Shown here piece after piece: positions 1 to 9,114 of a stretch of DNA of 64,000 nt. The translations under genes were made by a program, and so were the position numbers. Each line of letters opens with the position of its first letter. Within the stretch, counting starts at the first letter, position 1. This DNA is from a virus. Taxonomy: Duplodnaviria; Heunggongvirae; Uroviricota; Caudoviricetes. The notes beneath the pieces were generated by a model. The model was not told the DNA's origin. It worked only from the letters and a program-made list of their open reading frames with translations, and searched no databases. Location: positions 203,710 through 267,709 of IMG/VR virus record IMGVR_UViG_3300037455_000372; one strand, written 5' to 3'.

Positions 1-2
1 AT

Positions 3-140
3 ACTACACACGTTGAACGCGATGAACAACCTTTTATGCTTACCGAAAGTTGCGGTGGAGGTAGTGAAATCGACCGAGAAATTCTTGCATCGTCTGCATA
101 TGACAACGGTCCGATTATGTTTGAGGCACCGTGGTGGTGA
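3..140 (+). CDS. 3' end of a hypothetical protein entering from outside the window
   Basis: Frame 3 is open from the window edge to TGA at 138-140 (...DNGPIMFEAPWW*). Confidence 0.4.
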   Translation, partial: TTHVERDEQPFMLTESCGGGSEIDREILASSAYDNGPIMFEAPWW

Positions 141-211
141 AAGAAGTCTGGGGACAGCTATCCTAAACTAAGTAGTAAAGCGAAAAAGTGGGCAACCGTA
201 TTGGAGTAACT

Positions 212-919
212 ATGGCCGAGAATGTAGATCCGAACACCTTTTTTAACATAAAGAATATCGGTTCCAAACCAGCGGCGACTGATGAACCGAAGGACGATAA
301 TGTATTTAACGAATTTGAACACCATCTGAACCTTCCGATGGGATCCACCCAAGAGGCTCTGGATAGTGCAAAGCAGCTTATCGCACAGACAAAGTCCTTG
401 TCCACCCAAGCGTTGGCTGTACAGTTCGAAGAAACCAAGTTTGACGATATCCAAGCAGAGGACATCAATGACGAAGTGCTGCGTAACGACCGTGCCAGAA
501 TCCGCAAGGAGGCTCACGAGTTGTACGATATGGGCAAGAATATGCTCAAGTATATGTATGACCAAGTTCGTACGCAGATCGACCCCGGTGACAAGATGTG
601 GGCTGCCGTCGCCAATATGATTTCTTCCGTTACCAACTCCTTGAACAACTTGAACAAGATGACCAAGGACTTGCGCGAGGAAAACGAGCACGATACCGAG
701 AAGCGTATCTTGTCCGGCGAACTGGCCGACAACGATGCTCAGGACTACGAGCTGTCTCCGCAGCAAGCCAACAAGCTCATTGCCGCTTGGACGGCTGACG
801 CCGAGGCGAAGGTTCAGGCGGAAATCAAGGCTACCGCCGAAGCCAACGAGCGTCGCCTCATTGAGCAGCATTCCAAGGAAACCGAGCAAAAACTTTTAGA
901 GAGTGAGAAAAAAGTATGA
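212..919 (+). CDS. Putative terminase small subunit (T4 gp16-like)
   Basis: Central helical hairpin DRARIRKEAHELYDMG...PGDKMWAAVANMISSVTNSLNNLNKMTKDL resembles the T4 gp16 oligomerisation domain. ATG 212 preferred over GTG 188. Confidence 0.55.
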   Translation: MAENVDPNTFFNIKNIGSKPAATDEPKDDNVFNEFEHHLNLPMGSTQEALDSAKQLIAQTKSLSTQALAVQFEETKFDDIQAEDINDEVLRNDRARIRKEAHELYDMGKNMLKYMYDQVRTQIDPGDKMWAAVANMISSVTNSLNNLNKMTKDLREENEHDTEKRILSGELADNDAQDYELSPQQANKLIAAWTADAEAKVQAEIKATAEANERRLIEQHSKETEQKLLESEKKV

Positions 920-2043
920 AATTCGCAATAGTTGGAGACCTCCATCTCGGAGCGACTAACAAGAAGAGTCCGATTGGCAACGCTTTTGTCAAGGGACAGC
1001 ACGCTTACATTGACCAGATGATTTCTGAATGGAAGGAAGCCGACGTGACCCACGTCGTGTTCCTTGGCGATATTTTCGACAACGAACGGTTTATCGCAAC
1101 CGACGTGATGGATTATGCGCTACGACTTTTCCGTGACAAGCTGGCCGATTTCAAGGTGTTCGTCATTGCCGGAAACCACGATATGCGCTATACGAACACC
1201 AGCGAGGTGTGTTCAGTGAGCTTCCTCGGCCTCATTCCGCACGTTACCGTATACGACGCCAAGATTGGGGTGGAACATTTCTTTGGACGCGAATGGATCT
1301 TTGTCCCGTGGATTCTCCAAGACAATATGGACAAGGTTAACAAGTGGCTGGTGAAGCTGTCGCGGTCTGGAGTCGAAAAGAGGGTCATCCTAGGCCATTT
1401 CGACATCATCGGTGCGGCTATGGGTGCCGGTAACATATCGCAGAACGGTTTCGACTCGAAGCGTCTTCTTAATGCGGCTTCCCTCACTTTCAGCGGCCAC
1501 TACCACGTTGGTTCGGAGATGAACAGCGACGAATCGACGATTATCTACACCGGTACGCCTTACCATATGACCTTCTCGCACGTAGGCTCTACTCCCGGCT
1601 ACTATATCGTGGACGATGAAGGCTGCGCCGAGGACGGTCCGCTCAATTTGGAATTCCGCGAAAACAAGCTGTCTCCGCGCTTTATCGATGTCAAGGATGT
1701 CGATATCGACGCCCAGCCAGCCGACTTGTCCAACTGCGTAGTTCGTCTTTTCTCCGACAAGGCTTGCTCTATGGAGCAGTATGCCGAAGTCAAGACCAAG
1801 CTGGTCGAACGTAACCCGATTTATATCGACCAGTATTACTACGGCGACGACGGTACTATTGTCTCCGAGGACGGTGAGGTTATCGACGAGGAAGAAGCCA
1901 AGCGCATCTTGTCTTCCGACTCCTTGGGGATGGCTTCTATGTATATGGACAAGCATCCTGACATTTTGCCGGTATTGAATGACCAAAATGTGGACGCAAA
2001 GTCCAAAATTATCGAAATGCTTCGCGAATACGACGCAAAGTAG
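916..2043 (+). CDS. Mre11/SbcD-family recombination nuclease (T4 gp47-like)
   Basis: Metallophosphoesterase motifs GDLHLG, LGDIFD, AGNHD, LGHF, SGHYH and YTGTPY. Confidence 0.9.
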   Translation: MKFAIVGDLHLGATNKKSPIGNAFVKGQHAYIDQMISEWKEADVTHVVFLGDIFDNERFIATDVMDYALRLFRDKLADFKVFVIAGNHDMRYTNTSEVCSVSFLGLIPHVTVYDAKIGVEHFFGREWIFVPWILQDNMDKVNKWLVKLSRSGVEKRVILGHFDIIGAAMGAGNISQNGFDSKRLLNAASLTFSGHYHVGSEMNSDESTIIYTGTPYHMTFSHVGSTPGYYIVDDEGCAEDGPLNLEFRENKLSPRFIDVKDVDIDAQPADLSNCVVRLFSDKACSMEQYAEVKTKLVERNPIYIDQYYYGDDGTIVSEDGEVIDEEEAKRILSSDSLGMASMYMDKHPDILPVLNDQNVDAKSKIIEMLREYDAK

Positions 2044-2090
2044 ATATAAATGTAATAATTTATTTCGTGAATAACGATAAAAGGAAATCT

Positions 2091-3434
2091 ATGGATATCC
2101 AGAAGAAAATCGATGAATTCGTAAACGATGCCTTCAAGGGTAAGGTCGCTTTCAACATTTTGCTGGTCTCTGACGAGACTTCTCGTCTGTCCGTGCTTCG
2201 CGGCCATAACGCATTGAGCTACTTCAGGAAGCATTTCGCCAAGCTCGCCGATGTGAATTTGGTTTCTATGACCAGCAGCGACTTCTGCCGCATCAACCCG
2301 GATTTGACCAAGTACAATGTCCTCTGGATTGATAATGTCATTAACGAACGTATGAACCTTTTGCTCGTGGACAAGCTCGACGATCTCGCCTCCTCGTTGG
2401 TTGGTAAGAACGTCTTGGAACTCCCCGAAGCCGACCAGATTCTCGCTCGTAAGCTGAGAAGTCTCCACCTCCGCGTCGTGTACGCTATCGACGAGTTCGT
2501 GTGGGATGCCCCGGCTGGACGCTCTAAGAGCATCGGTGCTTGCCGAGTGGTGGAAGATGCGATGTACATCGCGGATTCCGTCCTGACTCCGAATGCCGAG
2601 CTGCAGTGCGCCTTGGTCGATATGCACTTGGTGGCACCCGACAAGGACGTTATCAGCATTCCTACTTTCGTGAATGACCAGTTCTACCCGATTCACCGTA
2701 TGAACGAACGCTCGTCCCATTATGCGACCTCGATTCGTAACCCGAAGATTCTTATCAAGGGTACGGTGATTCCTCCGAATGTTCAGGATTTCATTGTCGA
2801 AGCTATGAAGCCTCGCGACCAGCGTGCCAAGGTGTTTGGTACTGACTACAGTATCACCATTTCGAGCGTGATTGACCTACGTCCGGAAATCTACCAGCTC
2901 ATTAAGGAGAACAAGGTGACTATTCTCCAGCACTGGGCTAGTCCGTATTTGGACAAGAGCAACGTGACCGAGACGCTGGCCTACGAACGCGATACCGGCT
3001 TTGACTTTGTCATCAACACGATTCCGAACGATATCAACGACAATCCGTACGAAATCACGAACCTTGATACCGACTGCGTGCTGGCGGTCGCCGAAGGTGC
3101 CGTGGCTATCGCCGGTGTCCGCGATGCTGGATTCAGCGCAGAAAATCACATTTGCGTTGCCAGTAACCTCGTCTTCGGTAAGGATGACTCGTTCTCCAAG
3201 ATTGCGTCGCTTATTGAAACTTGGCGTATTATCCTTAACTGGGACGCCGCCTACAAGAAGCAGCGTGCTCTTCTCAACGAACGCCTTATCGGAAGCCGTA
3301 GCGTGATGGGTGGTTTCTTCCACGCTATGCTGGGTCGTACGTTGTCTGAACGCTATGCCAAGACCGTCGAACAGACTGTAGCGGCAGAAAAGGCGAAGCT
3401 CGCCGAGCAGAATAAGAGCAAGAAGGACAAGTAA
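2091..3434 (+). CDS. Putative GT-B fold glycosyltransferase-like protein
   Basis: VVYAIDEFVWDAP...ADSVLTPNAEL...IPTFV pattern is typical of phage GT-B proteins. AAGGAA RBS precedes ATG 2091. Confidence 0.5.
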   Translation: MDIQKKIDEFVNDAFKGKVAFNILLVSDETSRLSVLRGHNALSYFRKHFAKLADVNLVSMTSSDFCRINPDLTKYNVLWIDNVINERMNLLLVDKLDDLASSLVGKNVLELPEADQILARKLRSLHLRVVYAIDEFVWDAPAGRSKSIGACRVVEDAMYIADSVLTPNAELQCALVDMHLVAPDKDVISIPTFVNDQFYPIHRMNERSSHYATSIRNPKILIKGTVIPPNVQDFIVEAMKPRDQRAKVFGTDYSITISSVIDLRPEIYQLIKENKVTILQHWASPYLDKSNVTETLAYERDTGFDFVINTIPNDINDNPYEITNLDTDCVLAVAEGAVAIAGVRDAGFSAENHICVASNLVFGKDDSFSKIASLIETWRIILNWDAAYKKQRALLNERLIGSRSVMGGFFHAMLGRTLSERYAKTVEQTVAAEKAKLAEQNKSKKDK

Positions 3435-3679
3435 TGAAGTTTTGGGTAACCAAATACGACGTTGCTAGTTTCGCTGCGGACACCGAAGGCTACAAGGATA
3501 TGTCCGTAGCGGCCCCGTCCATTGTGGGCGACCCGTTTGACGATGTCGAGCTGGCACAGCAGAAGTGCGACGAGCTTTCCGTTACCGAATGCGGCGACGA
3601 AGTCGAGTTCGATATGAAGAACGGCAAGCACTACAAGGGGCCGAGGTACATCTATCGAATCGGTGAATCCGATAAGTAG
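3434..3679 (+). CDS. Hypothetical protein
   Basis: 81-aa ORF coupled to the upstream gene by a TAATG overlap. Confidence 0.7.
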   Translation: MKFWVTKYDVASFAADTEGYKDMSVAAPSIVGDPFDDVELAQQKCDELSVTECGDEVEFDMKNGKHYKGPRYIYRIGESDK

Positions 3680-3687
3680 GTTAGTCT

Positions 3688-5205
3688 ATGTCAAAGATCA
3701 ATGATTTGTTGGATAACACCGACGAGCAAACTCGCACATATATGCAGACTGCAAGGACTATGATGGCCGCAAACCACGGCCTCGTTCTTGACCGCGATCC
3801 AGCCGAAGTTATGCGCGAGAACAACAAGGGTCTTCACGAAGTCGCGAAGATCATCAAAAAGAAGAAGGGTATGGTTCGGCAGCAGACCGTTGCTAAGCCG
3901 ATGGTTCAGACGGTCGTCCCCCCGACCGTGGAGCCAGAGGTTCAGAACGCTCCGATTACCGACCAGAATATGGCAAGTCAAGGCTATGACCGCTATATGG
4001 AATCGATGATGGCTCGTACAGCACCGCAACCCCCGCAACCTTCTGCTCAGTACGTCGAGACGATTGAAGACACGCAGCCTTACGTACAGAGTCCGCAACC
4101 AGTACAGGCTCAGCCAGACCCTGTAGTGGAAGCGGTACAACAGCCGCAAGTGCAAGTACAAGAACAGCCTCGGATGGAGCTTTCTGCCTTCACGCCGAGA
4201 CCGTACGTGCAAGCACCCATTCAGCCGCAGCGTCCCGTTCAGCCAGTACAGCAGATGCAGCCGGTCGCGTCTCCCCAAGTGCCGCCGGTCGTGCCTCCCC
4301 AAGCACCCGTGCAGATGCCGCCTCTTGTTCAACCGCCGCAGCCCCAGCAGCCGATGGCAGACCCGTTCGGAGTGGGTCCGGGTCAGTATCGGTTTGCCGA
4401 CTCGCAACCACGAAAGGTCGTCCCCCAGCAAGTACACGACTACGAAGCCTTCAGCGAAATCCGTGGATTGCCGTCCAATGGTGCGCTGTACGGAAGCCCC
4501 ATCTCCGGTCAGGCTTTCAAGCTTATGGACTTGTTGATGCTTAACGACATCGATTCCGAGAACATTACTACGGTGTTCAACGAGCTATACGCTCGCCGTC
4601 TCCGTGGCGTTGACCCGGAAGATATCTTGTCGTGTGACGACCCGTACATCCTTCATTGGTTGCGTGCATCCTCGTTCCCCGACCAGCCGCTTCCGGGAAT
4701 TCTCTGGTTCGAATGTCCGGAATGTGGCCAGCGAAACGAAGCACCAGCGAACAGCAACGGCTTCGATGTCGGTTTCTATAATCTCGATTTCAACATTGTC
4801 GGCGATGTGAAGAGCATCTTGGCTAAGCACGCCCAAGGCTATTACGCGTTCCGTCTGCCGGATGGCCGCGAGTGCGATGTTTACCTGAGACGACGCTCCC
4901 ACGACAGAATGGTTGATGAAGCTGTTAACCAGTACGCGAAGGACATCGGCAAGCCGATGCCGCAGTATCTCCGCGAAATCATCAAGGCTGCCGTGGTACT
5001 CGAAATTGAGGAATGTGAAAACCTGAACGACAAGATCAATTATCTCTCGAATATGAACGTGGGCGACGCAACGAAGATGTTCGAAGAGATAAATGCTGCA
5101 AGCCTCACTACTGTCATAACTGCTAGACTGAAGTGCCCGAAATGTGGAAAGGAGGTCAAGGTCTTCTATCCCTTTCGTCTCGACCAGTATATTTCCAGTC
5201 TATGA
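3688..5205 (+). CDS. Baseplate hub/tail assembly protein (T4 gp26-like) with a Q/P-rich N-terminal extension
   Basis: LPSNG...DD-YILHWLRASS...CPECG...CPKCG pattern; lies directly upstream of the tape-measure-like gene. Confidence 0.65.
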   Translation: MSKINDLLDNTDEQTRTYMQTARTMMAANHGLVLDRDPAEVMRENNKGLHEVAKIIKKKKGMVRQQTVAKPMVQTVVPPTVEPEVQNAPITDQNMASQGYDRYMESMMARTAPQPPQPSAQYVETIEDTQPYVQSPQPVQAQPDPVVEAVQQPQVQVQEQPRMELSAFTPRPYVQAPIQPQRPVQPVQQMQPVASPQVPPVVPPQAPVQMPPLVQPPQPQQPMADPFGVGPGQYRFADSQPRKVVPQQVHDYEAFSEIRGLPSNGALYGSPISGQAFKLMDLLMLNDIDSENITTVFNELYARRLRGVDPEDILSCDDPYILHWLRASSFPDQPLPGILWFECPECGQRNEAPANSNGFDVGFYNLDFNIVGDVKSILAKHAQGYYAFRLPDGRECDVYLRRRSHDRMVDEAVNQYAKDIGKPMPQYLREIIKAAVVLEIEECENLNDKINYLSNMNVGDATKMFEEINAASLTTVITARLKCPKCGKEVKVFYPFRLDQYISSL

Positions 5206-5398
5206 CAAGATAGCGTTGGTTCGTGACAAGTGCCTCATCTCTGATATGCTCCATACTTCGATACTGGATTGCGACCAGCTTTTCATACCGGAGTTCTTGG
5301 AGGTCAAGAAATACTGCGTGGAGAAATTCAACCAGCTCTACGGGGTAGAAGAAGAGGAATCCGGCCAAGAAATTGCAAGTATGCTGGGTGCAAGATAG
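5144..5398 (+). CDS. Small tail-assembly ORF (gp51-like position), possibly a frameshift extension of the upstream gene
   Basis: Overlaps the gp26-like gene in the +1 frame, has no convincing start plus RBS, and ends at a terminator. Confidence 0.5.
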   Translation: MERRSRSSIPFVSTSIFPVYDKIALVRDKCLISDMLHTSILDCDQLFIPEFLEVKKYCVEKFNQLYGVEEEESGQEIASMLGAR

Positions 5399-5425
5399 GC
5401 GAAGCCGCGAGGCTTTGCCTTTTTT
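5397..5425 (+). terminator. Intrinsic terminator
   Basis: AGGCGAAGCC-gcga-GGCTTTGCCT followed by a T run. Confidence 0.85.
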
Positions 5426-5439
5426 GATGCCCAAAATCA

Positions 5440-5447
5440 TATAAACT
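5440..5447 (+). promoter_or_regulatory. TATAAACT putative late promoter of the tail/baseplate operon
   Basis: Exact copy of the recurrent motif, 25 nt upstream of ATG 5473. Confidence 0.75.
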
Positions 5448-5472
5448 GCAAGTAACCGATTTGGAATGCAAA

Positions 5473-7386
5473 ATGGCTACTGTAGACATCAAAAATGCGG
5501 TAAAGGCTGGTATGCTGGAGGCTTTGGCCGAACAAGAGGCCGCAAAGGCTCACCAAAATCTTGTGGATTTCCACGAGGAGCATAACAGTGCGCCTAAAGC
5601 CGACCCGATGGCTGCGGTCATTGAAAACCAAGCATCGATTATAGAACTGTTCAAGCAGTTCAACGAACGGACTAGCGGAATCGGAAATGCCGCTACGGCT
5701 CAGGAAAATTACGGCCAGTCTGGGTTTGCCCAGCAAGCTATGGCGTCCAGCCAGAACAGTATGAGCCTCGGTAGCAACTTCACTGGCGATATGGTCGCCG
5801 GTAATGGTTCTATCAAGAACATCATTGTCAACCACGGTATAGTGGTCACCGACTCGTCTGGCGCGGTTCAAGGCGGAATCTCCAATATCGGAGCCGCACA
5901 GACTGCTTCGCCAGTGGCCGGGTCTGCAGCCGAGAACAATGAAAATATATCGTACAAGGCTGGACTCGCTGGGGACGAGACCGACCGCGTTCAAGCGAAG
6001 ATTGATCACGAAGAGAGCAAGGCTTATCAAGAATACACGATGAAGCCGACTATGACCAAGCTTTCCCAAGCTCTGGACAAGTATCTGAACCAAGAAAACC
6101 AGCCACTGACTGTTTCTGACGAGTCCGGGTTTGGGCTGTCTAGCTTTCTTGGAACTCTTATTGGTGGTGCTATCGGTGCTCTGGGCGGTCTTGCTATCGG
6201 ATGGATGCAAGGTCTCAAAGCTCAGTGGAGCAAGGTCGGTAAGGCGTTTGCAAATGTCTGGAAGGGTGCTACCAAGTGGATGAAGGACACGAAGCTTGGT
6301 AAGGCCATTGCGAATCTTGGGACAAAGTTTAAATCTACTATCAGCGGAATGACGCAGACCGTTGTAGGCAAGTTCAAGAGTATGACTTCTGCAGTGAAGG
6401 AAACTCTCGGCGGCCTAAAGTCCTCGTTCTTGAAGACGCTCTCCGGTTGGAAGGACGCTGTCAAGAACAGTGCCGTTGGAAAGGCCGCCAGTGCGGTCAA
6501 GGATAAGATTGGCGGTCTTTTCAGCAAAGCCAAGAGCCTAATCGGGTCGGCCAAGAACGCTGCCCAAGAAGGTAAGCTGCTGTCGTTTGTCGGCGCGAAA
6601 CTCTCGAAGGTCGGAAAGGCGGCGGCAACTGCTTATGCCAAGTCTCCGGTCGGAAAGTTCACTAACGCCGCCATTTCGGCGGCCAAGTCCGCTGGCTCTG
6701 CTGCAGCGAAGATCGGACGTAAGCTACCCGTTATTTCTGGCGCGTTTAGCCTTGTTGACGGCGCAAAGAACACTTATGACGTTTGGAAGAAGGGTGGTAG
6801 CATTTCGGACATCACCTCGACGGCTCTTGCTGGTGCTACCGATGCCTTGATGAACACGCTCGCAGTGCCTGAAATTATCGGAACCGTCAAGGGTGCCGTT
6901 AATGGTGCGATGAAGAACGGCCTCAAGGGTGCGCTGAAGGGTGCCGGTTCCGGATTTATGAACGCTCACGACGCGAACGAAGTTTCTATCGGTCAAGCGT
7001 TCTCTGCCGAAATCGCTCACTTAGCTGGTAACGAGACTGAAACAACCAAGGCAATCCGTCGCGCAAGTATGTACGGTTTGACCAAGGATCAAGTCGGCCT
7101 TGTGAACATCAACGGAAACGCTGGTGGTTTTGGAACGGCTGCCGCTCTATATCAGGGAGACAAGAAACTTGCCGCCGGTTCTACCGCTAACTCGAATACG
7201 CCTACCGCGACTACTGGCGATAACGCTAACGGTAAGCGTGCAAACGAGAATGAAAAGAACAAGGAAACTGTCGAGGCGATGAAGGAAGCCTTTATCGAGG
7301 CTATGACAAGTGAAGAAGTTAAAACTGCTAACGCTGAACAGGCTAAGGCTACTGGCGAAGCGATTAACGGGTCGTTGTTGGGGTAA
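5473..7386 (+). CDS. Tape-measure/baseplate hub-like protein (gp29-like)
   Basis: A/G/K-rich amphipathic helical repeats with a hydrophobic GG-rich stretch; first gene of the baseplate operon. Confidence 0.6.
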   Translation: MATVDIKNAVKAGMLEALAEQEAAKAHQNLVDFHEEHNSAPKADPMAAVIENQASIIELFKQFNERTSGIGNAATAQENYGQSGFAQQAMASSQNSMSLGSNFTGDMVAGNGSIKNIIVNHGIVVTDSSGAVQGGISNIGAAQTASPVAGSAAENNENISYKAGLAGDETDRVQAKIDHEESKAYQEYTMKPTMTKLSQALDKYLNQENQPLTVSDESGFGLSSFLGTLIGGAIGALGGLAIGWMQGLKAQWSKVGKAFANVWKGATKWMKDTKLGKAIANLGTKFKSTISGMTQTVVGKFKSMTSAVKETLGGLKSSFLKTLSGWKDAVKNSAVGKAASAVKDKIGGLFSKAKSLIGSAKNAAQEGKLLSFVGAKLSKVGKAAATAYAKSPVGKFTNAAISAAKSAGSAAAKIGRKLPVISGAFSLVDGAKNTYDVWKKGGSISDITSTALAGATDALMNTLAVPEIIGTVKGAVNGAMKNGLKGALKGAGSGFMNAHDANEVSIGQAFSAEIAHLAGNETETTKAIRRASMYGLTKDQVGLVNINGNAGGFGTAAALYQGDKKLAAGSTANSNTPTATTGDNANGKRANENEKNKETVEAMKEAFIEAMTSEEVKTANAEQAKATGEAINGSLLG

Positions 7387-7389
7387 CAT

Positions 7390-8664
7390 ATGGCTAAGAA
7401 GAACGAAGTCAAAAAGTATCAGAAGCGTGTAGGCCATACCTCTGGTAGGATGATCGAGAATCTACCGAAGCCTAACGTGGTGCGAATCCAAGTATTGGAT
7501 GGTCCCGCTCGTCGTTCGTATATGGGCGGTTTCCAGAGCGTCCTTGATGAATTTAGAACTACGATGCAAGATGCGTGCGCCGAGGCAAGCCATTATAACT
7601 TGTATGAACCGTTCTATGGTATTCTGGATCAGAGCGCGGCTGCTGGTCCGAGTATCAACGTGACCGCATCTTGGAACCAGCCCAGCCAGAAGTCTGGTTT
7701 CTCGATGATGAACACGCTGCTTACCGGTGACGGTGCTGGCGGTCTAGTCGGTCTTGTTCCGTTTGCTGGGGCAACTTTGTCAAAGAAGACCAATACGGCT
7801 CTGCAGTCTATCGAAAAGCTGGCGTCCACCTCGATGTCGTTTGCTGGTATGAACAACAACTCGACTGGTAGTACGACCATTAAGCAGTTTACCAAGACTA
7901 CCATCGGCGCGAATATGCCGCTCAAGTTCAAGTGGTATCTGCCTGAACAGGAACAGATGTGTCGAATTTCCATCAAGCGTTTGATTATGATGACCTATGT
8001 CCGTCCGATGGATATGGACTCGGCCACGATTATTAACGCCGCGATTAACGGCATTATGAACGCTGGCGGAAAGGCTCTTGACGCTGCCAAGGATGCAATC
8101 AAGGAAGTCGGAAACTTTGCTGCTGATACGGCGGCTGATAGCTGGGGAATCGTTACTGATAACGGTTCGACCGAGCAGAACAGAAACTTCTTGTTTGGGT
8201 CGGATATGAATGACGGCGGCGGTAACACCCAGTCGTCATCTGATGTCGATAAGTCCGAGGGAAGTTCTACTGGAACTAGAGGCCAGCGAGCGAAGGATTT
8301 GATGAAGAAAATCGCTGGTGGCGCGGTCAGTGCGTACAACAGCATCAATACTTATTTCGGTGGCGAAATTACGGCAAACCCCCTTCCGGTGCGAATCAGT
8401 GTCGGTCACTATTTGGACTTGGAACCGGTCGTGCTGACCTCGGTTAAGATTACCGCCTCGAAGGAACAATTTATTTCGAAGGACGGTACCCACTTGCCGC
8501 TTTGGGTTTCCGCCGACGTGAACTTTGATTACTGGATGCAGCCGGGTCCGACTAAGGACTTCCTCTCGTTCCTCGGTAGCGAAGTGTTTGACGAATGGGT
8601 CAAGCGCGGTGATTCCAAGACCGAAAAGAACCAATCCGCTGGCGGCATCACCAAGAAGAAGTAA
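7390..8664 (+). CDS. Baseplate-tail tube junction protein (gp48-like)
   Basis: Tube-fold pattern LKFKWYLP...VVLTSVKIT...DGTHLPLWVSADVNF; synteny with neighbours. Confidence 0.5.
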   Translation: MAKKNEVKKYQKRVGHTSGRMIENLPKPNVVRIQVLDGPARRSYMGGFQSVLDEFRTTMQDACAEASHYNLYEPFYGILDQSAAAGPSINVTASWNQPSQKSGFSMMNTLLTGDGAGGLVGLVPFAGATLSKKTNTALQSIEKLASTSMSFAGMNNNSTGSTTIKQFTKTTIGANMPLKFKWYLPEQEQMCRISIKRLIMMTYVRPMDMDSATIINAAINGIMNAGGKALDAAKDAIKEVGNFAADTAADSWGIVTDNGSTEQNRNFLFGSDMNDGGGNTQSSSDVDKSEGSSTGTRGQRAKDLMKKIAGGAVSAYNSINTYFGGEITANPLPVRISVGHYLDLEPVVLTSVKITASKEQFISKDGTHLPLWVSADVNFDYWMQPGPTKDFLSFLGSEVFDEWVKRGDSKTEKNQSAGGITKKK

Positions 8665-8673
8665 GGAGGAATT

Positions 8674-9114
8674 ATGGCGACAGCTGATGAAAAATTCCCT
8701 AGAATCCGCGACGACAAGTTTAATGTCGCTGGAATGTTCCATATTCCTTTGGTACAGAACGGTCGTCTTGACCGTGTTATTGGTGACCTTTACGGTACTC
8801 CTACGATGTACAAGGCATTTGCTGCGGCGAACGATATCCGGAATCCTATGCAGCTCCGTGGTACCATCCGAATCTCGTCCGAGGCCATCCACAACGAACT
8901 AGTTTTAAAGGGGTATAAGGGAAATGACCTTGTACAGGCCGAAAAGCAAGCTAACGAGGATGTGGTTCTTGGAAACCGAGACTGGATTGGCTACAGCGAC
9001 CCGTTTAACGGTGTGATTACCGAAGCGGTTGGCGACGACAACTATGTTCTCCCTGACCCTAATAGCGTTGTGGCTTGGCATATGAAGTACAACGAAGTTG
9101 AAGAGGATGAATAA
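8674..9114 (+). CDS. Baseplate wedge LysM-like protein (gp53-like)
   Basis: GRLDRVIGDLYGTPTMYKAFAAANDIRNP motif. Confidence 0.7.
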   Translation: MATADEKFPRIRDDKFNVAGMFHIPLVQNGRLDRVIGDLYGTPTMYKAFAAANDIRNPMQLRGTIRISSEAIHNELVLKGYKGNDLVQAEKQANEDVVLGNRDWIGYSDPFNGVITEAVGDDNYVLPDPNSVVAWHMKYNEVEEDE

